Shown: one piece after another, positions 55,979-64,000 of the stretch | Layout of the letters: the number at the start of each line of letters is the position of its first letter | Position numbering within the stretch: position 1 is the first letter of the stretch | Source of the DNA: Melioribacteraceae bacterium | Lineage (GTDB): Bacteria > Bacteroidota > Ignavibacteria > Ignavibacteriales > Melioribacteraceae | Direction of reading: 5' to 3' | Length of the DNA: 64,000 nt | Assembly (NCBI GenBank): GCA_026983795.1 | Contig: JALSTI010000058.1 | Coordinates: 10,092-74,091, forward strand | The notes under the pieces: model-generated | What the model saw: only the letters and a program-made list of their open reading frames with translations | Databases searched by the model: none | Told to the model about the DNA's origin: nothing | Translations under genes and position numbers: made by a program

Positions 55979-58030
55979 TCACTTAACTTTCGAACCCGGT
56001 TCAGCATCTTTATTTGCTTCAACAATTTTTAATACTCCATTTTTGTCTTCGGAAGCTAAAATCATTCCTTTCGATTCCAAACCGAACAATTTAGCAGGTT
56101 TCAAATTTGCAACAACTATAATTTTTTTACCGGGCAAATTTTCGGGCAAATAAAATTTTGCTATTCCGGCAATAACCTGCCTTGTTTCCGTTCCCAAATC
56201 AATTTTCAGTTTTAATAACTTTTCGCTTTTTGAAACTTTTTCGGCTTCAATAATTTTTGCAACTCGTAAATCAATTTTTGAAAACTCATCGTAAGTTATT
56301 TCTTTTGTTCCATCCTGCCCGGCTGTGTTTTCAATATTTGATAATTTGTTTATTTGTTTGTCTATTATTTTATCATCAATCTTGGTAAATAGTATTTCCG
56401 GTTTATTCAAATCATGACCGGGTTTCAAATTAACTTTTCCGGCATCAAACCAGTTTACCGGTTTTGCGTTAAGCATGTTAAATATTTTTTTTGATGAAAA
56501 AGGAATTACGGGCATAAATATTTCGGCAAGTGTAAAAACCGTTTGCAGACTAATATTAATTGTAGTTCCACATTTACCTTTATCACTTTTTACCGTTTTC
56601 CATGGTTCGGAATCGTTAAAATATTTATTAGCCGCTCTTGCCAAGTTCATCATTTCCAAAGTTGCATCTTTAAGTTTAAATTTTTCAATTAAATCCGAAA
56701 CATTATACGGGATGCCTTCAACTAAATTTAACATCTCTTGATCAATTTTACTCAACTTTCCAATTTCCGGAACCTCGCCGTCAAAATATTTATGGGCAAA
56801 AGTAAAAGTTCGATTAATAAAATTTCCGAGTATATCGGCAAGTTCGTTATTATTACGCGCTTGAAATTCTTTCCAGTAAAAATCGGTGTCTTTGTTTTCC
56901 GGTAAGTTACTAGCTAATGTATATCTAAGCGGATCGGCAGGAAATAGTTTAAGGAAATCTACAACATCAATTCCCCATCCTCTTGATTTGGAAAATTTTT
57001 TCCCTTCAAAATTCAAGAATTCGTTAGCCGGTACATTTTGCGGATAAACATATTTCGAATCGTTACCGTCATTCCAGGCTTTTAGCATTGCAGGGAAAAT
57101 GATAGTATGAAAAACAATATTATCTTTACCGATAAATGCGATATATTTTGTTTCCGGATCTTGCCAATAGTCTTTCCAAAGTTCGGGTTTATTCAATTGT
57201 TCGGAAAGTTTTTTGGTTGCGGAAATATATCCCAGCACTGCTTCGAACCAGACATAAAGCACTTTTCCATCGCTGTTGGGAAGCGGAACTTTTACTCCCC
57301 AATCCAAATCGCGTGTAACCGCTCTGTCTTTTAACCCGTCTTTAAACCAGCTTCTGCATTGCTGAACAACATTATCTTTCCAATTATATTTTTTATTATG
57401 TTCCTCAACATATTTTTCAAGCCACGGTTGAAATTCACCCAGCGGGAAATACCAATGCGATGTTTCTTTAAGCACAGGCGTGCTGCCGGAAACTTTACTT
57501 TTCGGATTAATTAATTCCGTCGGCTCGTAAAGTGCGCCGCAATTTTCGCATTCGTCGCTTCTTGCTTCTTCATATCCGCACTTGGGACAAGTCCCTTCAA
57601 CATAGCGGTCCGGCAAAAACATTTTGGCTTTTTCGTCATAAAATTGAAGAGTCTTTTTCTCTTTAAGGATTCCTTGATCATAAAAACTTTTGAAAAACTC
57701 CTGCGCTGTTTCATGGTGAATGGGAAGACTTGTTCTGGAATAAATATCAAAATCCATCCCGAAATCTTCGAAAGCTTTTTTATTTATATTATGGAATCTG
57801 TCTATTACTTCTTTCGGAGAAATTTTTTCTTTGTCGGCTGTAATGGTAATAGGCACGCCGTGTTCATCGGAACCGCATACGTAAATGATATCGTCTCCTT
57901 TTAATCTTTTGTATCTAACATAAATATCCGCGGGCAAATATGCGCCGCTTAAATGCCCCAAATGAATAGGACCATTTGCGTAAGGTAATGCTGAAGTTAC
58001 GAGTACTTTTTCTTTTTTCAATATTTTCAC
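55979..58030 (-). CDS. metG: Methionine-tRNA ligase with C-terminal tRNA-binding (EMAP/Trbp111-like) domain
   Basis: The 683-aa ORF starts with GTG. It has the HIGH-type motif PIHLGHL, the zinc knuckles CPKCGY...CENCG and the KMSKS-type motif KFSKS. The C-terminal domain reads DLRVAKIIEAEKV...KLKIDLG. Confidence 0.94.
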   Translation of the reverse strand: MKILKKEKVLVTSALPYANGPIHLGHLSGAYLPADIYVRYKRLKGDDIIYVCGSDEHGVPITITADKEKISPKEVIDRFHNINKKAFEDFGMDFDIYSRTSLPIHHETAQEFFKSFYDQGILKEKKTLQFYDEKAKMFLPDRYVEGTCPKCGYEEARSDECENCGALYEPTELINPKSKVSGSTPVLKETSHWYFPLGEFQPWLEKYVEEHNKKYNWKDNVVQQCRSWFKDGLKDRAVTRDLDWGVKVPLPNSDGKVLYVWFEAVLGYISATKKLSEQLNKPELWKDYWQDPETKYIAFIGKDNIVFHTIIFPAMLKAWNDGNDSKYVYPQNVPANEFLNFEGKKFSKSRGWGIDVVDFLKLFPADPLRYTLASNLPENKDTDFYWKEFQARNNNELADILGNFINRTFTFAHKYFDGEVPEIGKLSKIDQEMLNLVEGIPYNVSDLIEKFKLKDATLEMMNLARAANKYFNDSEPWKTVKSDKGKCGTTINISLQTVFTLAEIFMPVIPFSSKKIFNMLNAKPVNWFDAGKVNLKPGHDLNKPEILFTKIDDKIIDKQINKLSNIENTAGQDGTKEITYDEFSKIDLRVAKIIEAEKVSKSEKLLKLKIDLGTETRQVIAGIAKFYLPENLPGKKIIVVANLKPAKLFGLESKGMILASEDKNGVLKIVEANKDAEPGSKVK

Positions 58031-58164
58031 CGGAAATTAAATTTTAGAAAAATTAAATATAGTAATATCCTTATCATTTCGCGAAAAATTATTATCGTTT
58101 ATAAAAGTCGGGATAATTATATATTTAAAGATTAATATAGAAAATGGTATAGTAATGTTACAAA

Positions 58165-59463
58165 TTAATTCAAATTTATTTTATTTGAGCTCATAACCGG
58201 TAAATGATTACGGTGTTTTACAACTATGTAATAACTGCCCGGCGTAACATTTAGCGAAATAGTTTTTGTTGTATCGTCATTCCTAATCAAATTTCCATCA
58301 TTACGCAAGAGTACGCTTTTTGAAGTTAGAGCGCTTCCGTTTGCCGATTGCCTAAGTTGGATTAAAACCCAGTCAACAACATCGTTAGGAATACTTTCCA
58401 CATTTCTTACATTTTCCGGATAAGGAGAAGTTAAAGGGATAACACCGCTAAGATTTGCATTCATTAAATTAGTAGAAGGGTTATAAGGACCTTCTAAAAA
58501 TATTTTTAAGGACAGAAGTACGGGTAAAGAAGTAATTTTGGTAACAGGTTCGTTATTAGCAATTTGCAATGCGGCATGAACTATGTTCCAACTTTGAAGA
58601 TTTATTTCATCCAATGTTTGATTACCCACATCCCAGCTCAAACTATCCTCATTAATAAATTGGGAAAGTTTCAGGTTATCAACATCGCTTCCAATCAATA
58701 CTTCAGGATGATAAGAAAAAAATATTACGTTTCCCGCACCATAATTAAATTTAATTACAGTCGGATCATTTTCTCCTATTCGCGCCGCGGGAACAGTTCC
58801 TTTGGGAGCGACGGCAGTCGCCCAAATTTCATAGTTATCGGGAATAGAAGAGAAGTTAGTAAAAACAGGACCCCCGTAATAAAAAAACCGCGTTGTATCC
58901 GGTAATCCGATTAAATTCATTGTTGGATTGGAAGTATTTATATTTGCAATTTGAAAGCTCGCCGTATCGCCGTTATTCCAAGGTGTCCAACCGAAGGGAC
59001 CTTTAGCATAACCTTTTAAAAGATTCAAATTATAATCATACGGGAAATAGTCACTTTCATTATAATAGGTTCCGCCGCCGCCGGTAGCGGTTTGAGCCCA
59101 ATCCGTTGTGTCCGAAGCCCAATACGCACCGGCACAAAAGCCCACATAATTACCACCGCTGCTAATAAAATTTCTTATATTATTTTCTCCGGCGGGAGTT
59201 ACCGCTATTTCCCGGTTTAATGCCCAGCCGCCCGGAGAAATTAGAGCTTTATATCTTCTATTAGTTCCGCTTCCAAGCTCACCGTTATTAATATCATTAT
59301 GATCAATAACTTTATAAGACCAGTTATAATTAAAGAAAAGCGCTTTTAAGGCTGTAACTTCTTCTTCCCAAACTCCGTCATCTTCATAACTCGGATCGTA
59401 CAGGGCAAAATCCGCAACGTAATTCTGCGAAAATGCAAGTCTGCAAAATAAAATTAAAAACAA
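58165..59463 (-). CDS. Secreted protein: class-I glutamine-amidotransferase-like (BPL_N-type) fold plus an unrecognised ~115-aa C-terminal module
   Basis: The 432-aa ORF has a central ALISPGGW...GGNYVGFCAGAYWA resembling GATase1-like/BPL_N domains. The last 116 aa are paralogous to the C-terminus of the upstream S8 peptidase. The first canonical start is TTG 59463, which leaves a signal peptide without its basic n-region. Confidence 0.55.
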   Translation of the reverse strand: MFLILFCRLAFSQNYVADFALYDPSYEDDGVWEEEVTALKALFFNYNWSYKVIDHNDINNGELGSGTNRRYKALISPGGWALNREIAVTPAGENNIRNFISSGGNYVGFCAGAYWASDTTDWAQTATGGGGTYYNESDYFPYDYNLNLLKGYAKGPFGWTPWNNGDTASFQIANINTSNPTMNLIGLPDTTRFFYYGGPVFTNFSSIPDNYEIWATAVAPKGTVPAARIGENDPTVIKFNYGAGNVIFFSYHPEVLIGSDVDNLKLSQFINEDSLSWDVGNQTLDEINLQSWNIVHAALQIANNEPVTKITSLPVLLSLKIFLEGPYNPSTNLMNANLSGVIPLTSPYPENVRNVESIPNDVVDWVLIQLRQSANGSALTSKSVLLRNDGNLIRNDDTTKTISLNVTPGSYYIVVKHRNHLPVMSSNKINLN

Positions 59464-59483
59464 AATAATGTTATGTCGTTTAA

Positions 59484-61391
59484 TTAGTTTAATTGTTTCG
59501 CTCCACCTGTTCCGTAAAACTTATCGCTCCCTGTTGTAAAATCGTACAAAGTTGAAGTTGAAGTATTGAGCGCAATTTTATTTGCACTCATAATTGTCAA
59601 ATGATTTCTGTGTTTTACTACAATATAATAATTTCCGGACGTAGCATCCAATTTAATTTCTGTTGTTAATCCGTCGTCGTCAACAATTCTACCGTCCTTC
59701 CGCAGTAATGCGCTGCGCGAAGCCACAGCCGTACCGTTCGGCGTAGTTCTAAGTTCAACCAAAACCCAGTCAACAATGCCGGCAGGCATACTGCTAATGG
59801 TTTTTTTATTTTCGGGATACGGTGAAGTTAAAGGAATTTTGGTATTCAAATCGGTATTCATCTCGCCCAAGGAAGCATTGTAAGCGCCTTCAAGATAAAT
59901 TTTTACTTGCACCAAAACCGATGGAATTTGATTCATAGCAGCAAGCGCGTCAATAGTTCCCCAACCGTATAAATTATCCGGAGCAGCGGAATGGTCTGCC
60001 GTATTACGTAAAATTGTTCTGATTTGAATTGGCGTTAGTGAATAATCTTTTTCAAGCATAAGAGCGGGAACGCCGGCTGCAAGAGGGCATGAAGCCGATG
60101 TACCGCTGAAACTTCTGTAACTTGTATTCGAACTGTTTGAAGCCGCATAAGTACCGTCTCCCATTGCCATTAAATCAGGTTTAATTCTACCGTCAAAAGT
60201 AGGTCCAACGCTGCTGAAACTTGCTCTAACTTTGCTTGAATTAACCGCTCCAATTGCAACCACGCTGTCACCGTCCGCCGGAGCATTTAAGGTGTTGTGA
60301 GAAGAATTATACCCGTTATTGCCAGCCGAGTTAAAGACAACGATCCCTTTTTTAACCGATAGATCGGCAGCAATAGTGATAGTTGCCGTATTCCCGTCCA
60401 TGTCCTGATAAGTATACGAAGGATAACCCGTATCGAAAGTCAGATAACCGAGCGAAGTTGAAAAAACATCGGCTCCAATACTATCCGCCCATTCAGAAGC
60501 TGCAACCCAATTATCTTCCTCGACCGGAGTTTCCGAAGCTGTGTTTTCAGTTTTTGCCAATAAATAATCGGCGCCGAAAGCCGTGCCAATTATTTGTCCT
60601 TCTTTAAATCCTCCGATAAGTGATAAAGTACTTGTGCCGTGGGACCCTTCGCCTTGGCCTGATCCGTTTTCTACATCCGGATCGTTATTGACAAAATCCC
60701 ACGCTGCAATAATGTTTATATTTTTCAGAGCTTCATGATTCAAATGATCAAACCCGGCATCCATTAAACAAATTAAAATTCCTTTACCCGAATAACCTTG
60801 ATCGTGAACCGCTACTGTATTAATAACTTGGTTCTGAGTTAAGGAACTTCCATAGTTATAAGTGTGAGCGGCTGTTGAAGTTAATGCCGAAATTTGTCCG
60901 GTATTCTGCTTTTTAACAGGTTGCGGTATTTTTCTTTTTTTGTATTTTTTTACTTCGGTAATTTTTTTTATAATCCTTAAGTTTTCCAATTTATTCAAAT
61001 CAGATTTTGTAACGTAACAACTGACCGCGTTCAACCATTTTGATTTATGTTTAATTTTTATACCCAGTTTTCTTAATTTTTTAACATAGTCAGAATTAAC
61101 AGGTATATCCGTAAAATCAATAAGATGGTTTTGGGGCAGGACTTTAGCTCTTCTCTTTAACGACCGTTCCGAAACAACCGAATTTGGTTGATTAAAATAC
61201 TTTTCTAAATTTTTCCCTTTATTATTAAAATACACCCAAACTAAAACTTTTTCATTAATTTGAATTTTTTGAAGTTTATTAATTAGATTTTGAGATAATT
61301 TTATATTCGAATTTTGCGGAAAAATGGTAACACAACTAAATAAAAATAAGATGATGAATGTATTAAGTTTTTTCACAAGTTTCCTTTCCAA
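59484..61391 (-). CDS. Secreted S8 (subtilisin-family) serine peptidase with the same unrecognised C-terminal module
   Basis: The 635-aa ORF has a signal peptide and an inhibitor-I9-like propeptide region. The catalytic triad motifs are CLMDAGFD (Asp), SHGTSTLS (His) and SGTSASCPLAAG (Ser). Confidence 0.88.
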   Translation of the reverse strand: MERKLVKKLNTFIILFLFSCVTIFPQNSNIKLSQNLINKLQKIQINEKVLVWVYFNNKGKNLEKYFNQPNSVVSERSLKRRAKVLPQNHLIDFTDIPVNSDYVKKLRKLGIKIKHKSKWLNAVSCYVTKSDLNKLENLRIIKKITEVKKYKKRKIPQPVKKQNTGQISALTSTAAHTYNYGSSLTQNQVINTVAVHDQGYSGKGILICLMDAGFDHLNHEALKNINIIAAWDFVNNDPDVENGSGQGEGSHGTSTLSLIGGFKEGQIIGTAFGADYLLAKTENTASETPVEEDNWVAASEWADSIGADVFSTSLGYLTFDTGYPSYTYQDMDGNTATITIAADLSVKKGIVVFNSAGNNGYNSSHNTLNAPADGDSVVAIGAVNSSKVRASFSSVGPTFDGRIKPDLMAMGDGTYAASNSSNTSYRSFSGTSASCPLAAGVPALMLEKDYSLTPIQIRTILRNTADHSAAPDNLYGWGTIDALAAMNQIPSVLVQVKIYLEGAYNASLGEMNTDLNTKIPLTSPYPENKKTISSMPAGIVDWVLVELRTTPNGTAVASRSALLRKDGRIVDDDGLTTEIKLDATSGNYYIVVKHRNHLTIMSANKIALNTSTSTLYDFTTGSDKFYGTGGAKQLN

Positions 61392-61433
61392 TTATAATTA
61401 AAAATTTATTTTATGTTTTCTCCAAACAACATA

Positions 61434-61451
61434 TTGTGATACATATCACAA
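61434..61451. promoter_or_regulatory. CRP/FNR-type operator-like palindrome TTGTGATA-CA-TATCACAA
   Basis: The 8-bp perfect inverted arms contain TGTGA-N6-TCACA. The centre lies about 51 nt upstream of the S8 peptidase start codon. Confidence 0.5.
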
Positions 61452-61604
61452 ATTATTTGTTGTTAAAGTCTTGAAGAATTACAAATATAATAATAATTGC
61501 CGGAGTGTGAATAGTAAAAGTTTATTTTTCATTTTGTACTATTATTTTCAACGCATATATAAGACATAATTTATGTTTTATAAATGATTGATAATTTTTT
61601 ATAT

Positions 61605-61641
61605 AAAATAGTGGCACGAACTTAATCACAGTTGTGCCACT
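61605..61641 (-). terminator. Possible Rho-independent terminator after the FG-GAP/T9SS gene
   Basis: The minus strand reads AGTGGCAC, a 16-nt loop, GTGCCACT, then ATTTTATAT. The stem is good but the loop is large and the T-run is short. Confidence 0.45.
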
Positions 61642-61678
61642 CTTATCTGAAAGATTTTACTTATTGCGATACCCGGAA

Positions 61679-64000
61679 TTACTTTAGAAGCAACATTTTC
61701 TTTGTTTGGATAAAATTATCACTAAACAAAGTATAGAAATAAATTCCGGAGGTTAAATTCTTTGCATCAAAGTTAGCGTTGTAGTTTCCGGGACTCATTC
61801 TTTTATTTACCAAAGTCGCAACTTCTTCTCCCAATACATTGAATACCTTTAAGACAACATGCGCATTTCGCGGAACTGTAAATTTAATATTTGTTGAAGG
61901 ATTAAATGGATTGGGATAATTTTGATTTAGATCAAATGCAGTCGGCATTATACTTAATTCACGTGATATTGATGTTTCAATACTGCCAACTAAAAGTAAT
62001 AAATTATTTGTGCTGTTAACTTGATCCGACGCTACAATATCAACAACACCATCTTCATTAATATCTTCGGCAGCAATTCCATATACACGCACTGCTCGAT
62101 TTGTGATATCTTTTATACTTTCAAAAGAACCATCCGAGTTCAAAGCTAAACGCAGCGGGAAAATACCTGCCGATCCACTACCGAAAATAATATCAAGATC
62201 ATCATCTTTATCAACATCCACAAGTTTAAGCACATCGGTACTTTCCTCAAGAACTGCTATAGTTGAATCGGAGAAATTGGCTTGGCCATTATTTAATAAG
62301 ACCGCTATATCCCTCTTGGCACTTCCCACGCTTGTACCTTTATCAAATCCAACTATAATATCCAATGTATTGTTACCATCCCAATCACCAATATCGAGCG
62401 CTGAACTTTTTTGACCGGTAACGAGGGTAGAACGTGAAAATACTTCAGCTCCATTATTTAAATATAAAACGACGGTGTTGTTAGTATCCAAAGTTGTAAC
62501 AACAATATCCAAATCTCCGTCATTATCCATATCCCCAATTTTAATCTTTTGAGGTTCATTTAGATTGGGATCTACAACCTTTGGGGTGAACAGACCCGAA
62601 CCATTATTCATATACCATAGAATTTTGTTTTCTCCATAGGCACACACTGCAATGTCAAGGTTGTTATCAGAATTAATATCCGAAACATCACAACCCAATG
62701 GATTATTTAGGCTTTCATCAACAACAAATCGCTTCCAACCCGGACCGTTTTTCTTATACCAAAAGAGACTGCTGTCTTCGTAAGCAGTTGCAATCACATC
62801 AGTAAACCCATCATCATCAAGGTCTCCAAGCGCTAAATCCGCAGGGAAAGAAATGTTGTCATCAATTCGATTTTCAATAAATGAAGTTTTACCCCGATTT
62901 TCATACCATACGATCTCATCTTCTTCGGTTTTCACGCCATTATCACCGGCAGTTACAACTATATCCAAATCACCGTCGTTGTCAATGTCTGTAATTTGAG
63001 TAAATCTAACAGCTTCAATTTCACTATACAAATAATGCCGATAAAGGTTCCCTCCTATATTTTCGAACCAAGATAAATCACCATCAACATTACCGTTTTC
63101 CGGAAAGACAATATCCATGTCTCCATCTCCGTCAATATCTCCTACAGACATTTGACCTGGTCCCCGGTTATCCCAATTAAGTTCAAGAAATTCTTTTCTA
63201 AATACCATATTAGATTCTTGGTAAAGTATAGACAGATAATCATCACCTACATTTTGTCTAATCACATCGTTTAATCCGTTTCCATCAAAATCGGCAACAA
63301 CAATATCGCCCCCTAAATCAATCCCATCTATATCAATAAGTACTGAATTAAAATTATTTGAACCATCAAGAAAATATAATCCACCAAACCCGACACCGCT
63401 AAACGTTAATATATCTTTAACACCGTCATTATTTAAATCAGCTATCGCTAGTCCGTTAGCAACATTTGAGTATTGCCCATTATTGACGAATAACGTTTTA
63501 ACAGAATCAAATAAACCGCTTCCATTATTATATAAAATTTTAAAACCGTTTAATCCTCCCCCTCCAAAAACTATGTCAACATCGCCATCGTTATCAATAT
63601 CATCAACTTCAACTAAAGTTACTTGAATTACCGTATCGGTAATCTCTTGTTTACTAAAATTAAGGTTTCCATCATTCCAATATATACTTACAGTAGGTCT
63701 GTTGAACCCCACGGACACTATATCAATATTACCATCTTTATTAAAGTCAGCAATCGCAGATTGATCGGTTCTAATGCTGTCTTCTATTAAAATTTTATTG
63801 TAATTGCCATTATTCTGTTTTTGAAATAATGTTAAAGCACCGGAATTAATACTAACATACCTATCCGATACAACGTAGTCTAAATCACCATCATTATCGA
63901 AATCACCCAAATCAATATCTACAGGGAAGTTTAAATCTTCAAATAAAGTGTGTTTAGGGTATTGCCCGGTTCCATCATTTTCCAACCATTCTACGGAAGA
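61679..64000 (-). CDS. FG-GAP/VCBS-repeat (integrin-alpha-like propeller) protein with a type-A T9SS C-terminal sorting domain; N-terminus outside the window
   Basis: More than 10 repeats of the DxDxDGDxD Ca-binding loop are present (GDFDNDGDLDYV, DIDNDGDVDIV, DIDGDGDMDIV ...). The CTD reads NYPNPFNPSTNIKFTVP...SGIYFYTLFSDNFIQTKKMLLLK. The reading frame stays open upstream of the track's TTG at 63985 (..SVEWLENDGTG..), so the gene continues past 64000. Confidence 0.85.
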   Translation of the reverse strand, partial: SSVEWLENDGTGQYPKHTLFEDLNFPVDIDLGDFDNDGDLDYVVSDRYVSINSGALTLFQKQNNGNYNKILIEDSIRTDQSAIADFNKDGNIDIVSVGFNRPTVSIYWNDGNLNFSKQEITDTVIQVTLVEVDDIDNDGDVDIVFGGGGLNGFKILYNNGSGLFDSVKTLFVNNGQYSNVANGLAIADLNNDGVKDILTFSGVGFGGLYFLDGSNNFNSVLIDIDGIDLGGDIVVADFDGNGLNDVIRQNVGDDYLSILYQESNMVFRKEFLELNWDNRGPGQMSVGDIDGDGDMDIVFPENGNVDGDLSWFENIGGNLYRHYLYSEIEAVRFTQITDIDNDGDLDIVVTAGDNGVKTEEDEIVWYENRGKTSFIENRIDDNISFPADLALGDLDDDGFTDVIATAYEDSSLFWYKKNGPGWKRFVVDESLNNPLGCDVSDINSDNNLDIAVCAYGENKILWYMNNGSGLFTPKVVDPNLNEPQKIKIGDMDNDGDLDIVVTTLDTNNTVVLYLNNGAEVFSRSTLVTGQKSSALDIGDWDGNNTLDIIVGFDKGTSVGSAKRDIAVLLNNGQANFSDSTIAVLEESTDVLKLVDVDKDDDLDIIFGSGSAGIFPLRLALNSDGSFESIKDITNRAVRVYGIAAEDINEDGVVDIVASDQVNSTNNLLLLVGSIETSISRELSIMPTAFDLNQNYPNPFNPSTNIKFTVPRNAHVVLKVFNVLGEEVATLVNKRMSPGNYNANFDAKNLTSGIYFYTLFSDNFIQTKKMLLLK

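Noticed and set aside
1-64000. A window-wide look for CRISPR arrays, rRNA genes, IS elements, prophage genes, toxin-antitoxin pairs and known defence-system genes.
   Set aside because: I found none. The only direct repeat array is the 28-nt heptamer microsatellite. The only nucleic-acid-modifying candidate is the solitary methyltransferase, which is reported separately.

Overview
The window is an AT-rich (about one-third G+C by eye), densely coding bacterial chromosomal segment. I can support 56 protein genes and one tRNA, about 90% of them on the minus strand. I found no rRNA, CRISPR array, transposase, integrase or phage genes.

Several features point to the Fibrobacteres-Chlorobi-Bacteroidetes group, plausibly an Ignavibacteria-like organism; this is inference only. 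These are the porU-porV type IX secretion (T9SS) genes, several secreted proteins ending in type-A T9SS C-terminal sorting domains (two end in ...KMLLLK), and the presence of Shine-Dalgarno leaders.

Most genes are housekeeping (htpG, tmk, rel, ruvX, upp, der, nth, metG) or cell-envelope genes: an ExbB-ExbD-TonB cluster with an HU/SPOR protein and a giant TPR protein, three PPIase chaperones, M23, S41 and S8 peptidases, and an ECF sigma module.

The most unusual item is a self-contained two-gene locus of bacterial microcompartment (BMC-H) shell proteins at 5.8-6.8 kb.
- It has its own promoter-like element and a strong terminator, and it sits between rel-ruvX and ybbR-tmk.
- No pentamer, tandem-domain shell protein or cargo enzyme occurs anywhere in the 64 kb.
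- One paralogue carries a 115-residue C-terminal extension ending in what looks like a Rho_N/SAP-type helix-extended-helix module.

Other items worth a second look:
- A porU-porV operon extended by an M6-like protein with an ablated HExxH motif and by a 1030-aa HExxH/propeller/beta-barrel fusion.
- A eukaryote-like GCH1-PTPS-SDR pterin operon.
- A perfect TGTGA-N6-TCACA palindrome upstream of an S8 protease operon.
- An unrecognised ~115-aa C-terminal module shared by two adjacent secreted proteins.

All family assignments come from reading motifs by eye. No database search was possible.
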